Origin: a bacterium
Lineage (GTDB): Bacteria > Margulisbacteria > Marinamargulisbacteria > GCA-2716485 > JAYNIM01
Length of the DNA: 64,000 nucleotides
Reading direction: 5' to 3'
NCBI GenBank assembly: GCA_038109055.1
Contig: JAYNIM010000001.1
Location: 199,045 to 263,044, forward strand
Position 1 is the first letter of the stretch. The number at the start of each line of letters is the position of its first letter. The notes below the pieces were generated by a model. That model saw only the letters and a list, made by a program, of their open reading frames with translations. It was not told where the DNA came from and did no database searches. Below, piece by piece: positions 31,545 through 42,977 of the stretch. A program made the position numbers and the translations under genes.

Positions 31545-34180
31545 TCTGGGTGTCTAATTTTTTCTTGAGCAGCACTTAGTATTGCTATAGGTATTCTATA
31601 TGGTGAACAAGATACATAGTCAAATTTTTCTCTATGGCAGAACCCTACTGATCTGGGTTCACCCCCATGTTCTCCACATATACCAATTTTTAAATTACTC
31701 TTTTGAGTGCGTCCTTTTTTAATTGCTATTTTTATTAATTCTCCAATGCCTTCTTGATCAAGAACTTGAAAAGGGTCTTCTTTCCACACTTTTTTGTTTA
31801 AGTACTCTGGGATGAATGAACTTGAGTCGTCCCTTGAAAGGCCATAAGTCATTTGTGTTAGATCATTCGTTCCGAAGGAAAAGAAATCTGCTGCACTTGC
31901 GACTTTATCTGCCATTAACGCTGCTCTAGGCACTTCGATCATTGTCCCAATTTGATAGTTTAAGTGAATGTTATTTTTATTCAATATCTCTTTAACTGTA
32001 TTTTCTACTAACTCTCTCAATGTCTTTAATTCATTAACATCACCAATTAATGGAATCATTATTTCTGGGTTAACAATGGTATTAGCTTGTTGCGCTTCTA
32101 TCGCTGCTTGAATGATTGCTTTAGTTTGCATTTCGTATATTTCTGGATACGTTATGGCTAGACGACATCCACGATGACCTAACATTGGATTTTGTTCGTG
32201 TAGACTATTTATTTTTTTCTTAATGCTGTCTTTTGTTGTCTTAATTTTTTTGGCTAATTCTTCTATTTGTGACTCTTCATGAGGTAAAAATTCATGCAGT
32301 GGGGGATCTAGTAAACGTATAGTAATCGGAAGCCCAGGCATTAGTTTGAAAATTTTTAAGAAATCTTCTTTTTGGTAAAGAAAGAGTTTATTTAACGCTT
32401 CTTTTCTTTTTTCTTGTGTATCAGCCAATATCATTTCTCTAAAAAAGTCGATTCTTTCCGCTTCAAAGAACATATGTTCAGTACGACATAAGCCTATTCC
32501 TTCTGCACCAAATTTAACGGCTGTTTTTACGTCTTCTTCTGTTTCTGCATTTGTTCTTACTTTTAACCTTCGTATGTCATTTGCCCAGCCCAAAAGCTTT
32601 GTGAACTCTTCAGTTGTTTTTACCTCTTGTAAGGGGGCTTTGCCTTCTATGACTTCTCCGCTAGTACCATTTAGGCTCAAGTAATCTCCTTCCTTGAAGG
32701 TTTTATCATTAATTTTTAATGTTTTAGCTTTCGCACTGATTTGTAATGTTTGACAACCAGCTACACAGCACTTCCCCATTCCTCTTGCTACTACTGCAGC
32801 ATGGCTAGTCATGCCTCCTCTGGCTGTAAGAATTCCACAGGCGGCGTGCATTCCACCTATATCTTCTGGAGAGGTTTCTTCTCTTATGAGCAGAACTTGT
32901 TTGCCTTCTCCTGTCCATTTTTCTGCATCATCTGCGTTAAATACTAGTTGCCCTACTGCTGCTCCTGGCGATGCGGGTAAGCCTTTTGCTAGTACGCTTA
33001 CTTTAGCATTAGGGTCTATAGTTGGATGTAAGAGTTGATCTAATTGATCTCCTGTAACCCGCAATAATGCTGTTTCTTTATCAATGAGTTTTTCCTTTTC
33101 CATATCTACGGCTATTTTTATTGCTGCGGCAGCTGTTCTTTTGCCTGTTCTTGTTTGCAATATGTATAATTTACCTTTTTCTATCGTAAATTCCATGTCT
33201 TGCATTTCTTTAAAATGCTGTTCTAATCGCTTATAAATATCTACTAATTCCTTGTAAATAGTTGGCATTATTTTATTGAGTTTTTCAATCTCCTCTGGGG
33301 TTCTTATTCCAGCTACAACATCTTCACCTTGTGCATTTACCAAATATTCTCCATAGAATTTATTTTCTCCCGTTGATGGGTTTCTGGTAAAACAAACTCC
33401 TGTTCCAGAATCATCACCTAAATTTCCAAATACCATACTTTGTACGTTGACTGCAGTTCCCCAATGGTCAGGAATTTTATTAATTTTTCTATATTTATAG
33501 GCTCTTTCAGATTCCCAAGAATTAAATACGGCTGATATCGCAAGTGTTAATTGTTCTACAGGATCTTGTGGGAACGTTTTGCCATTTGATGCAATTATTT
33601 TTTTATAGGATTGAACTAATTTTTTAAAGTGTTCCGCACTTAGGTCCATGTCTAGTTCTACATTTATTTCTTGTTTTAGTTTCGTTAATTCTTCTTCAAA
33701 TAAATGATGTTCTATTTCTAACACAACACTGGAGAACATTTGAATAAATCTTCTATAGCTATCCCAGGCAAATTGTTCAGATTGAGACTGTTTACTAAGC
33801 CCTTCAACTGCTTCATCATTTAGTCCTAAATTTAAAATTGTATCCATCATTCCGGGCATGGATATTCTTGCGCCTGATCTTACAGAGAAAAGTAGTGGGT
33901 TTTCTGAATCTCCAAATATTTTGTTTGAGCTTTTTTCTATTTTTTTTATATTAGCTACTATTTCTTCTAATAGTTCTTTTGAAAGTTGTTGATTGTTTTT
34001 GTAGTAACTTAAACATTCATTAGTGGTTATAGTGAAACCAGGTGGTACGGGAATGTTTAAATTAGTCATTTCTGCTAGATTTGCCCCTTTTCCCCCTAGC
34101 AAGTTTCGTTGATCTCTATTTCCCTCTGTTTCTTTATTGCCAAAAAAATATACTTTTTTTTGTAGTGTTTGTGTAGTCAT
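31541..34180 (-). CDS. ppdK: Pyruvate, phosphate dikinase
   Basis: LLGGKGANLAEM, SMPGMMDT, GGMTSHAAVVARG, GLCRTEHMF, GICGEHGG. Confidence 0.97.
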   Translation of the reverse strand: MTTQTLQKKVYFFGNKETEGNRDQRNLLGGKGANLAEMTNLNIPVPPGFTITTNECLSYYKNNQQLSKELLEEIVANIKKIEKSSNKIFGDSENPLLFSVRSGARISMPGMMDTILNLGLNDEAVEGLSKQSQSEQFAWDSYRRFIQMFSSVVLEIEHHLFEEELTKLKQEINVELDMDLSAEHFKKLVQSYKKIIASNGKTFPQDPVEQLTLAISAVFNSWESERAYKYRKINKIPDHWGTAVNVQSMVFGNLGDDSGTGVCFTRNPSTGENKFYGEYLVNAQGEDVVAGIRTPEEIEKLNKIMPTIYKELVDIYKRLEQHFKEMQDMEFTIEKGKLYILQTRTGKRTAAAAIKIAVDMEKEKLIDKETALLRVTGDQLDQLLHPTIDPNAKVSVLAKGLPASPGAAVGQLVFNADDAEKWTGEGKQVLLIREETSPEDIGGMHAACGILTARGGMTSHAAVVARGMGKCCVAGCQTLQISAKAKTLKINDKTFKEGDYLSLNGTSGEVIEGKAPLQEVKTTEEFTKLLGWANDIRRLKVRTNAETEEDVKTAVKFGAEGIGLCRTEHMFFEAERIDFFREMILADTQEKRKEALNKLFLYQKEDFLKIFKLMPGLPITIRLLDPPLHEFLPHEESQIEELAKKIKTTKDSIKKKINSLHEQNPMLGHRGCRLAITYPEIYEMQTKAIIQAAIEAQQANTIVNPEIMIPLIGDVNELKTLRELVENTVKEILNKNNIHLNYQIGTMIEVPRAALMADKVASAADFFSFGTNDLTQMTYGLSRDDSSSFIPEYLNKKVWKEDPFQVLDQEGIGELIKIAIKKGRTQKSNLKIGICGEHGGEPRSVGFCHREKFDYVSCSPYRIPIAILSAAQEKIRHPE

Positions 34181-34419
34181 TGATTATCGGCTCCTGTTTT
34201 CACTTTTTTTTTCATTTATTATCATACACGAATTTTTTAATACTCGAAATGTTTCTGTTCATGGATTGCTTTTCTTTTTTTGTATGTTGTAAAGTGAAAA
34301 AAATTCATGTTTTTTGCGTTGACTTTCATTGTTTCAATCTTTGATAATTGACATGCTTGAGAATTGCTCAAATATGGAGTTTGATTTTATAGTTATTATG
34401 ATAAGGAGAATATATAATT

Positions 34420-37122
34420 ATGAGTGATAAATATGTCTTAAATAGAAACGGAAAGCGTTGTTTATTTGATAAAGCACGTATTTATTCTGCTATCAATAAT
34501 GCCTTTTTATCAGAAAATCAAAATGTACCTGATGTAGTTACTGATCTTACTGATCAAGTGGTTAATTTGTTGTGTTTAGATTCAGCTGAAGAGATAAAGA
34601 TAGAATTTATTCAAGATACTGTAGAAGAAGTTTTGATGTCTAATAGTTATCATTTGATAGCTAAAAATTACATTCTTTATAGACAAGAACATACCTTAAC
34701 ACGTCAAGAGAAAGTGTTAACTCAGATTGATGATCACTCTTTACAAGTTCGAGTTTCGCCAGATGAGACAGTTATATTTGACCCAGCATATGTTGAAGAA
34801 AGTTTAAGACAAATGGCTGAAGGGTTATATCGAGTTTCAATTAGCAAAATATTAGATTCTGTTAAACGTAGTGTATACAATGATATTTCTCAAAAAGAGC
34901 TTAGTTTACTTATTTTAAGTTCAGTGCGAGACAATATTGAAATACATTATGAATATAGCTATTTGGCCGCACGGATTGTCTTAAATGATTTGTATCAAAT
35001 AATCCTCAATCAAAGTCTTAATACAGAGGTATTGAATGACTTATATAAATCTCGTTTTAAAGCGTTTATTGCCAAAGGCATATCTGAGGGTATGTTGAAT
35101 CCACAGTTAGCTGATTTTGATTTGGATAAGTTGGCGCAATTCCTAGAACCTAAGCGAGATCAGTTGTTTATGTATTTAGGTGTACAAATAATTTCGGATC
35201 GATATTTGCTTAGGGACAGAAGTTCAGAACAAGTGATTTATGAATTACCACAGTGGTTTTGGATGCGTGTATCTATGGGATTAGCTTTAAAAGAAGAAAA
35301 TAAAGAGCAACGAGCAGTTGAGTTTTATGAGACGTTGTCTAACATGGATTTAGTTTCTTCTACCCCAACGTTGTTTAATAGTGGGACAGTTTTCTCTCAA
35401 ATGAGTTCATGTTATCTGAATTTGGCTGAGGACTCTTTAGATCATATTTTTAAATTGTATGCTGATAATGCACGATTAAGTAAATGGGCGGGGGGGATAG
35501 GTACAGACTGGACGTATATTAGGGCGACAGGATCTAAGATTAGGGGAACGAATGGGCATTCTCAGGGTGTTATACCTTTTATTAAGATTTTTAATGATGT
35601 AGCTTTAGCGGTTAACCAGGGAGGTAAGCGTAAGGGTGCCATGTGTGCTTATATGGAGAATTGGCATTTGGATATTGAGCAGTTTATTGAGTTAAAAAAG
35701 AATACCGGTGATGAAAGAAGACGCGCACATGATATTAATACGGCATGTTGGATTTCAGATTTGTTTATGAAGCGTGTTAAAGAAGATGGTAAATGGACAT
35801 TGTTTTGTCCCTCAGATGTTAAAGACTTGCATGATTTGTATGGAAAAGCATTTGAAGATAGATATATTGAATATGAAAATCAAGATCTTCCTCGTTCTAA
35901 AACAATGAAAGCTTCTGATTTGTGGCGACGTATGATCACGATGCTGTATGAAACTGGCCATCCATGGATTACGTTTAAAGATCCCTGTAATGTTAGAAGT
36001 CCACAAGATCATGTGGGTGTAATACATTCATCAAATTTGTGTACTGAGATTACCTTAAACACATCAAAGGATGAGACGGCTGTTTGCAATTTAGCTAGTT
36101 TGAATTTAGCGAATATGATAAAAGACAAAGAGCTGGATCGTGAAAAGTTGGCTAAAACGGTACGAAATGGCCTGCGTATGTTGGATAATGTCATTGATAA
36201 TAATTACTATCCGACACCAGAGGCAGAGAAAGCAAATCTAAAACATCGTGCGGTTGGTTTGGGCGTGATGGGATATCAGGATGCGTTGTATCAGATGCAA
36301 ATTCCCTTTGATTCTGACGACAACGTTGAATTTGCTGATTATTCTATGGAAAATATTTCTTATTATGCGATTTTAGCTAGTTCAGAGTTGGCTAAAGAGA
36401 GAGGTTCGTATTCCTCTTTTAAAGGTAGTAAATGGGATCGAGATATTTTGCCCTTTGATACCGTCAATTTATTAGAAGAGCAACGTCAGCGTCCGATTAA
36501 GGTAGGTAGAGAGTGTCGATTAGATTGGCGCCCAGTAAGAGAGCATATTAGGAATTATGGGATGAGAAATTCCAATGTTATGGCTATAGCACCTACAGCG
36601 ACCATTGCGAATATTGCGGGTGTATATCCTTGTACTGAACCTGCTTTTAAAAATATATACATGAAAGAAAATCTCTCAGGTAATTTTCTGGTAGTTAATA
36701 AACATTTGATTGATTCTCTTGAAAAGTTAGGGATATGGGGTCCAGACATTATCCGTAAAATAAAAATGTATGATGGATCAGTTGCTCAAATTGAGGAAAT
36801 TCCTGAGTATATTCGTCATTTATATAAAGAAACCTTTGAAGTTTCGATGACACGTTTGATAGATATTGCTGCCCGTCGTTCGAAATGGATTGATCAGTCC
36901 GCCTCTACAAATGTTTTTATGGATACACAAAGTGGTAAAGAAATGAGTGATTTGTATTTTTATGCTTGGGAAGCGGGTTTGAAGACAACGTATTATTTTA
37001 GAACCTTGGGGGCTTCTCAAGTGACAAAAGCGACTATACAGGAAGATGTTTCTGTACAAAAACCTGATACTTATGTATCAGCGTGTAAAATAAATGATCC
37101 CACGTGTGAAGCGTGCGAATAG
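34420..37122 (+). CDS. nrdA: Class I ribonucleotide reductase alpha subunit with N-terminal ATP cone(s)
   Basis: TPTLFNSG, SSCY, SNLCTEI, CNLAS, APTATI, GLKTTYY, C-terminal CKINDPTCEAC. Confidence 0.95.
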   Translation: MSDKYVLNRNGKRCLFDKARIYSAINNAFLSENQNVPDVVTDLTDQVVNLLCLDSAEEIKIEFIQDTVEEVLMSNSYHLIAKNYILYRQEHTLTRQEKVLTQIDDHSLQVRVSPDETVIFDPAYVEESLRQMAEGLYRVSISKILDSVKRSVYNDISQKELSLLILSSVRDNIEIHYEYSYLAARIVLNDLYQIILNQSLNTEVLNDLYKSRFKAFIAKGISEGMLNPQLADFDLDKLAQFLEPKRDQLFMYLGVQIISDRYLLRDRSSEQVIYELPQWFWMRVSMGLALKEENKEQRAVEFYETLSNMDLVSSTPTLFNSGTVFSQMSSCYLNLAEDSLDHIFKLYADNARLSKWAGGIGTDWTYIRATGSKIRGTNGHSQGVIPFIKIFNDVALAVNQGGKRKGAMCAYMENWHLDIEQFIELKKNTGDERRRAHDINTACWISDLFMKRVKEDGKWTLFCPSDVKDLHDLYGKAFEDRYIEYENQDLPRSKTMKASDLWRRMITMLYETGHPWITFKDPCNVRSPQDHVGVIHSSNLCTEITLNTSKDETAVCNLASLNLANMIKDKELDREKLAKTVRNGLRMLDNVIDNNYYPTPEAEKANLKHRAVGLGVMGYQDALYQMQIPFDSDDNVEFADYSMENISYYAILASSELAKERGSYSSFKGSKWDRDILPFDTVNLLEEQRQRPIKVGRECRLDWRPVREHIRNYGMRNSNVMAIAPTATIANIAGVYPCTEPAFKNIYMKENLSGNFLVVNKHLIDSLEKLGIWGPDIIRKIKMYDGSVAQIEEIPEYIRHLYKETFEVSMTRLIDIAARRSKWIDQSASTNVFMDTQSGKEMSDLYFYAWEAGLKTTYYFRTLGASQVTKATIQEDVSVQKPDTYVSACKINDPTCEACE

Positions 37123-37133
37123 GAGGTTGAATT

Positions 37134-38192
37134 ATGAGTAAAAGTGATTTATTTCAAGAAGAATTTACAGGAACTAAAGTGTCTAATTCAGAGCTTATTA
37201 ATAAGCGACGAGTCATAAATGGTTATGATGATGGCCTGATGCAAATTGCACCACTCAAACATCCCTGGGCATATGATATTTTTAATACAATGGTTAAAAA
37301 CACTTGGGTACCCCAAGAGGTTCCTATGCAGCAGGATGTTTCAATGTGGGCGTCAGATGGACTTACCCCCAACGAAAAAAATGTTTTTGAAAAAAGTTTA
37401 GCTTTCGTGTCTAATCTTGATGGCCTTCAAACTAATAATTTGGCTTGTAATATTATTCGTCACATTACCAGTCCTGAAGTTATATTAGCTGTTACACGAC
37501 AAACATATGAAGAAGCTTTGCACGTTCAAAGTTATGCCACTATGGTAGAAGCTTTGTCATTAGATCCAGAAAGGGTTTATGGATTGTATCGTACAGATCA
37601 AGAACTTTATGAAAAGAATCAGACTGTTTTAAGGGCAGTTAGTAAGATAGCTGATCCTATGTTCAAGACAGGTACTTTTGAAAATGATCAAATGTTTCTT
37701 GAAGCTTGTATTGGTAATATTATTTTGGAAGGTATATATTTTTATTCTGCATTTTTGGTATTTTATGTATTAAGACGGAATGCAAAGATGCAGGGATCAG
37801 CTGAGATGATACAGTTTATTAATCGTGATGAAGATATGCACTTGAAATTATTTATTAATATCTCTAATACTATTAGAGAAGAACAACCAGAATTGTGGAC
37901 TAAAGAGTTTGAGTTACGTATTCGTAAGAATATCAAAGATGCGGTTGAAATGGAGTATGCATGGGGCGCTTCTTGTATACGAGAAGGTATACTAGGATTG
38001 ACTTGTGATGGTCTAAAACAGTATCTCCAATTTGTTGGTGATATGAGATTACTTGCCTTGGGTATGGATAAGGAATGGAATAGTAAGAATCCTTTCCCTT
38101 GGATAGATGATTTTACACAGGGATCTATGATAGAAGTTAATTTTTTTGAGGGTACTGTTAGAGAATATCAGACAGGCACCTTAGAATGGTGA
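37134..38192 (+). CDS. nrdB: Class Ia ribonucleotide reductase beta subunit
   Basis: W..QEV, D ligand in NLDGLQ, EEALHVQSY (radical Tyr), EGIYFYS, RDEDMH, NFFEG..EY. Confidence 0.94.
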   Translation: MSKSDLFQEEFTGTKVSNSELINKRRVINGYDDGLMQIAPLKHPWAYDIFNTMVKNTWVPQEVPMQQDVSMWASDGLTPNEKNVFEKSLAFVSNLDGLQTNNLACNIIRHITSPEVILAVTRQTYEEALHVQSYATMVEALSLDPERVYGLYRTDQELYEKNQTVLRAVSKIADPMFKTGTFENDQMFLEACIGNIILEGIYFYSAFLVFYVLRRNAKMQGSAEMIQFINRDEDMHLKLFINISNTIREEQPELWTKEFELRIRKNIKDAVEMEYAWGASCIREGILGLTCDGLKQYLQFVGDMRLLALGMDKEWNSKNPFPWIDDFTQGSMIEVNFFEGTVREYQTGTLEW

Positions 38193-38224
38193 TGATTAAA
38201 ATTTTATTTTTTTAAGTAATTTTT

Positions 38225-38737
38225 TTGATTATTAAATCGATCGTTTTCTCTTTTTTTGTTCTCTTTTTTTTACCTGTATCGGTATTTGCTAGTAACCTTT
38301 CTAATTTAATCATTCCTAAATATAAATCCCCTACTATTAGGTCTTCTGACTTTAAAAAGCTTTATATTAACGCATTTTTCACAAACCTTTCCATTAGCTA
38401 TGCGTTAAAATTTATCACCCATCAAGAACGTCCTAATCGTGCTAACTACCGTTCTTTTCCATCGGCTCATACTTCTGTATCATTTCAAACTGCGGTTTTT
38501 GTTCATAAGGGCTTTGGGGATTTTTATGGTTTTTTAGCGTATACTTTTGCGATTGGTATGGCTTATAGTCGAGTAGATTCTAATGCTCATGATATTCAAG
38601 ACGTGGTTGCGGGTGCATTTATTGGTTCTTTGACGTCGCTTTGCTATTTAGATTATTTTGACTCTCAAAGGTACACTCTATCTTCTAATTTTAATAATGG
38701 GGCGTATTTTTTAGTAGTTTCAGCCCCTTGCTTTTAG
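38225..38737 (+). CDS. PAP2-family phosphatase
   Basis: K..T.QERP, SFPSAHT, SRV..NAH..QDVVAG. Confidence 0.82.
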   Translation: MIIKSIVFSFFVLFFLPVSVFASNLSNLIIPKYKSPTIRSSDFKKLYINAFFTNLSISYALKFITHQERPNRANYRSFPSAHTSVSFQTAVFVHKGFGDFYGFLAYTFAIGMAYSRVDSNAHDIQDVVAGAFIGSLTSLCYLDYFDSQRYTLSSNFNNGAYFLVVSAPCF

Positions 38738-40533
38738 CTCAATTCGTGACCTTTTCCAATTTGAATTCGCCATAGTTTTGCGTATTCTTTGTTAAGTTTT
38801 ATGAGTTCTTCATGTTTCCCATTTTCTATTATCTGTCCGTTTTTCAGAATGTATATGTTATCTGCTTGTCTTATGGTGGATAGTCTGTGAGCGATGATGA
38901 TTGCTGTTTTGTTTTTTGTGAATTTTAATAGGTTTTTTTGTATACATTTTTCTGTTTCTGTATCTACAGAAGAAGTTGCTTCATCAAATATGATGACTTC
39001 TGATTCTTTTAGTAAGCAACGTGCAATACTTAGTCGTTGTCGTTGACCACCAGAAAGTTTTATTCCTCTTTCTCCTATGATGCTATTATATTTTTCTGGT
39101 AGTTTTTGTATAAAGGAATCTAATTCTGCTAATTTTGCTACTTTTATAATTTCTTCTAATTTAGCATTTTGTTTGCCATAGGCTATATTTTCTCTAATGG
39201 TACCGTGAAATAAATAGATGTCTTGGCTTACTAATGATATTTTTTGTCTTAGATTGTATAGGCTTAATTCATTAATATTTTTTTTATCAATATATATTGC
39301 TCCTTTTTGTATATCATATAATCGTAATAAACATTTTATTAATGTTGATTTTCCACAACCAGTTGTTCCGGCTATTCCAATTGTTTGACCTGCTTTGATC
39401 TCTAATGTTAGGTTTTTTAGTATGTTTATATCTTTGTTATATGAGAAGTAAATATTTTCTAGTTTTATGTCACCTTTTATAGGTATCGTTTGTTTTTTTT
39501 CTTCTTCTTTTATTGATTTTTTTTCTCCCTTTAGTATATTAAATATTCGTCCGGCACTTGCTCTTGCACGTTCTAGTTCATCTAACATTGCACCTAATCT
39601 GGTTAGAGGCCATAGGAGTCTTTGTACTAGCATAGAAAATAACACCAGTTCTCCTAATGTTATGTGACCTGTGTCTTTTAATATCCAATAAGCGCCTATC
39701 AGTAATACGCCAGAAAATCCAATAGCGATACACAATCGTATGATTGGGACGTATAAACTTTGATATTTAATAGCTTTCAAGTTCGCCTTTGCATAATTCT
39801 CTGATGCTTTGCTTACCCGTTTTAATTCGAAATTTTCAGCTGTAAAACTTTTTATTACCATAATGCCTGATAAATTGTTTTCAAGACGATTATTCAATTC
39901 TGATACATTTTCTCTGATCGTTTTGTAGAGTGGAGATATTTTTTTTTGATACCCTGATGAACCGATGATTATGATCGGGATTGGCAAGAGACAAAACATG
40001 GCGAGTACTATGTTTGTTTTAAATAATATTATAATTGAAAAGGTTATGATAACGAGTAATTGTAGAAATTCATTAAATATTGTGTTAAGAAATCGTTCTA
40101 ATTGGTTGATGTCATCATTGACGATAGCAATGGTACTTCCTAGTCGATGGTTTTCAAAGTATGCGTATTCTTTATGTTGTAAGGTATTATAACATTCTAT
40201 GCGTAAATGATGTTGTACTTTTTGTGCTAAGGATAAGAATCCATATTGATATCCCCATTGAAACATACTTTCTAAGCCAAATATAATCAATGCTAGGCTA
40301 GCTAAAAATATAGATTTTTCCCATGTATTCCCCTGTCCTATGATACCTTCTATCCATAATGGAGGTGTCCCTTTTAATGTGTCTATGATCCAGGCTACTA
40401 ATAATGGTGGCATGAGATCTAGTACCTTGTTGAGGATACTTGATGTCATTGCTAGATAAAATCGAGTCTTAAAGGGTTGGATGTATTTTAGGAGTTTATA
40501 TATAGGCGATGTTTCTTTTTCTTCCTTTACCAT
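38734..40533 (-). CDS. ABC exporter, fused permease/ATPase (MsbA-like)
   Basis: TM domain then GTTGCGKST, LSGGQRQR, IIFDEATS, IAHRLST. Confidence 0.92.
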   Translation of the reverse strand: MVKEEKETSPIYKLLKYIQPFKTRFYLAMTSSILNKVLDLMPPLLVAWIIDTLKGTPPLWIEGIIGQGNTWEKSIFLASLALIIFGLESMFQWGYQYGFLSLAQKVQHHLRIECYNTLQHKEYAYFENHRLGSTIAIVNDDINQLERFLNTIFNEFLQLLVIITFSIIILFKTNIVLAMFCLLPIPIIIIGSSGYQKKISPLYKTIRENVSELNNRLENNLSGIMVIKSFTAENFELKRVSKASENYAKANLKAIKYQSLYVPIIRLCIAIGFSGVLLIGAYWILKDTGHITLGELVLFSMLVQRLLWPLTRLGAMLDELERARASAGRIFNILKGEKKSIKEEEKKQTIPIKGDIKLENIYFSYNKDINILKNLTLEIKAGQTIGIAGTTGCGKSTLIKCLLRLYDIQKGAIYIDKKNINELSLYNLRQKISLVSQDIYLFHGTIRENIAYGKQNAKLEEIIKVAKLAELDSFIQKLPEKYNSIIGERGIKLSGGQRQRLSIARCLLKESEVIIFDEATSSVDTETEKCIQKNLLKFTKNKTAIIIAHRLSTIRQADNIYILKNGQIIENGKHEELIKLNKEYAKLWRIQIGKGHELS

Positions 40534-40582
40534 TACATAAGAATAGCAAGTGTAACTGTACTTTGTAACTATTTATTTTGTA

Positions 40583-40658
<76 letters not shown>

Positions 40659-40659
40659 A

Positions 40660-41034
40660 TTAATAATAAATGGTGTTTGTTTTTTCTGACATTAATTTAT
40701 CTAGTTCGTAATTTTCTCTTAATTCTTTGGTAATACAATGGCAGATTATGCTATTTAAATCAACAATAACCCATCCACTTTCTGTTTTCCCTGTTTTTTT
40801 GGGGGATTCGTATAGATCGTTAGTGTTCGTTTTTTTAATTTCAATTTTACTTATTTTTTCTATTTCATCGAAGAGTGCTTTGCAATGAATTGTATTTTTA
40901 GCGCTTATTAAAATCACGTATTCTGTGATCCATCCTTTATCGTTTAGGTCATAACAACAGACATTCTCTGCTTTTTTATCATTACTTGCCTTCATTATTT
41001 TATTTATTAATGTTTTTATTGTTTTATTCTTCAT
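40660..41034 (-). CDS. rsfS: Ribosome silencing factor RsfS (Iojap)
   Basis: DKKAENV, GWVIVDL, RENYELDKL; typical position after yqeK/LCP. Confidence 0.85.
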   Translation of the reverse strand: MKNKTIKTLINKIMKASNDKKAENVCCYDLNDKGWITEYVILISAKNTIHCKALFDEIEKISKIEIKKTNTNDLYESPKKTGKTESGWVIVDLNSIICHCITKELRENYELDKLMSEKTNTIYY

Positions 41035-42352
41035 TTGTTTTATTTTCCCAATCTTTTCCTATGACTAATGTTATTTCTAGTTTTTTGTTAGGTAGATTAT
41101 ACAATATGATATTTTTTGGATCTATGTTTAAAGCATTTGCTAGTCTTAGTGCATCACTACTGTTATTTTTCCAACTTACTATTTTAGTTTCTTCATAATT
41201 AAAATGACCTGCGTTTTCTATACGAATTATTTTTAATTTTTTTTGTTTAAGTCTTCTTGCTTTTTCATGAGCAATTCCTTTTTTCCCGCAGCCATTTAGT
41301 ATTTCTATTCTTAGATCTTTAAGAAGTTGAAATTCTATATTATTTTCTTTGGTTATTTGAGTACTTCCACGGCGTATTTCATCAATTCTTATCTGTCTTT
41401 TGCCAGTTTCCTTTTTCTTTAATACGTTTTTTGGATATGGTTGATTTTCTTTTATAGGGTCTTTTTCTTTTTCAAATCCAAGCAATATATTTTCTATGTT
41501 TTTGTCTAGTTGGTGTAAATTTGGTTTCCAATAGCTAATACCTTCTATTAAAGCAACACTTCCAGGTACGATCGTTTTTTTTATGTTTTTTTCTTTAAAC
41601 TCTTGCATGAGAGTTTTTGCTAAACTTAACATTTCTGTTTTTTTAAGATCGCTTTCTATCATCTTTGAAAATGTGGATATTAAGCTTGGTAGGGTTAGAA
41701 TTTTTTTTGGTTTTGTGATTGTTTCTGCTAAACTTTCTAGGAATAATTGTTGTCGGTTTATTCTTCCAATATCCCCTTTATTGTCTTTTCTAAATCTTAA
41801 AAATTGTATTGTTTCTTCTCCATTCAAAACTTGCTTACCTTTTTTGATGTTGATATTTAGACCTGCGGCTAAATCCTGGTAGACAAGATCTTTTTCTACG
41901 TCTATCTTTATTCCTTCCAATTTATCTATAATATTTTTTACTTGATTTACATTTAACTGGATATAATTATGTATGGGAAGACCCAATAATTGGCTTACAC
42001 TTTCTTTTAATAATCCTACTCCTTCGTAGGCATAAGCGTGATTAATTTTAGTCATTCCTATGTTTTCTAGTTTGACTCTTGTGTCTCTGGGGATTGATAT
42101 TACGCCAATATGGTTATTGTTTTTATTGATGTGAAATACCATTATGGTATCGGCACGTTTACTTTTTTGTGTGTCATCTATACCAAATGCTAGAATATTT
42201 TTACCACTTACTATTTGTTGCGGTACAATCGATAGGAGCATTTCCAGAACTATTGATTTAGAGAAAAGGATTAATATAAATATGCTACTTATAATTGTTA
42301 ATATACTTGTTAAAGTAAGGATGTAAACTAAGGCATTTCCCCTTTTTTTCAT
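41024..42352 (-). CDS. LytR-CpsA-Psr (LCP) family protein with LytR_C domain
   Basis: RADTIM, SIPRDT, KINHAY, FLRFR..GDIGRINRQQ, IEILNGCG. Confidence 0.9.
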   Translation of the reverse strand: MKKRGNALVYILTLTSILTIISSIFILILFSKSIVLEMLLSIVPQQIVSGKNILAFGIDDTQKSKRADTIMVFHINKNNNHIGVISIPRDTRVKLENIGMTKINHAYAYEGVGLLKESVSQLLGLPIHNYIQLNVNQVKNIIDKLEGIKIDVEKDLVYQDLAAGLNINIKKGKQVLNGEETIQFLRFRKDNKGDIGRINRQQLFLESLAETITKPKKILTLPSLISTFSKMIESDLKKTEMLSLAKTLMQEFKEKNIKKTIVPGSVALIEGISYWKPNLHQLDKNIENILLGFEKEKDPIKENQPYPKNVLKKKETGKRQIRIDEIRRGSTQITKENNIEFQLLKDLRIEILNGCGKKGIAHEKARRLKQKKLKIIRIENAGHFNYEETKIVSWKNNSSDALRLANALNIDPKNIILYNLPNKKLEITLVIGKDWENKTNEE

Positions 42353-42365
42353 TATGCTTAGTTTC

Positions 42366-42977
42366 TCAGGCTTTATTTTTTTTGTAAAGTTTTCTGTAGT
42401 ATTGCTGGCATTTTATAGATAGTGGATGAATTTTTTTATTTTTTCTTTTTAAAGTATGAATTTGTATCTTTGATATAAGATACATCGCTGTGTTTAAATT
42501 TTTATAAGATAGCTTTTCTATTGTTTTTCTAAACTTTATTTTTCGTTTCTCTTCTATATAATCAGCAATATATATTATTTTTCCTATAGTATTCATTTTT
42601 TCATTTCCTGTTGTGTGATATTTTATTGCTTTTAATATCTTTTCGTTTTTTATGTTAAACTTTTTCTTTAGAAATATGTCTGCACTTAGAGCATGCCAAA
42701 TTTTTGGATAGTGTTCATATGTCTCTAGATTTATGTTTTCACCTAAGGTTTTTGGACTTGTTTCTTTGAGGATATCGTGGGCTAATGCGGCAATTTTCAC
42801 TTCAGCTAAATCTTTTATATTATGGTGATTGGCTAATTCTATTGCAGATTTGTAGACTCTACAGCTATGTTCATAGCGGCTTTTGGATAAGGTGTTTTTG
42901 ATGTAAGTCCTTATGTCTTGTTCGTTATTTATTTGAACCTTTCTCCTTCCATTTTTGCTATAACAATACTTCCGCAT
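42366..42977 (-). CDS. yqeK: YqeK HD-domain Ap4A hydrolase (start uncertain)
   Basis: RYEHS, ALAHDILK, WH, AIKYHTTG, IYIADYIE. Confidence 0.85.
   Translation of the reverse strand: MRKYCYSKNGRRKVQINNEQDIRTYIKNTLSKSRYEHSCRVYKSAIELANHHNIKDLAEVKIAALAHDILKETSPKTLGENINLETYEHYPKIWHALSADIFLKKKFNIKNEKILKAIKYHTTGNEKMNTIGKIIYIADYIEEKRKIKFRKTIEKLSYKNLNTAMYLISKIQIHTLKRKNKKIHPLSIKCQQYYRKLYKKNKA

Noticed and set aside
37134..38192. Possible class Ic (Mn/Fe) or metal-free RNR beta subunit
   Set aside because: The radical Tyr (EALHVQSY) and the D/E/H ligands are present, so it is ordinary class Ia
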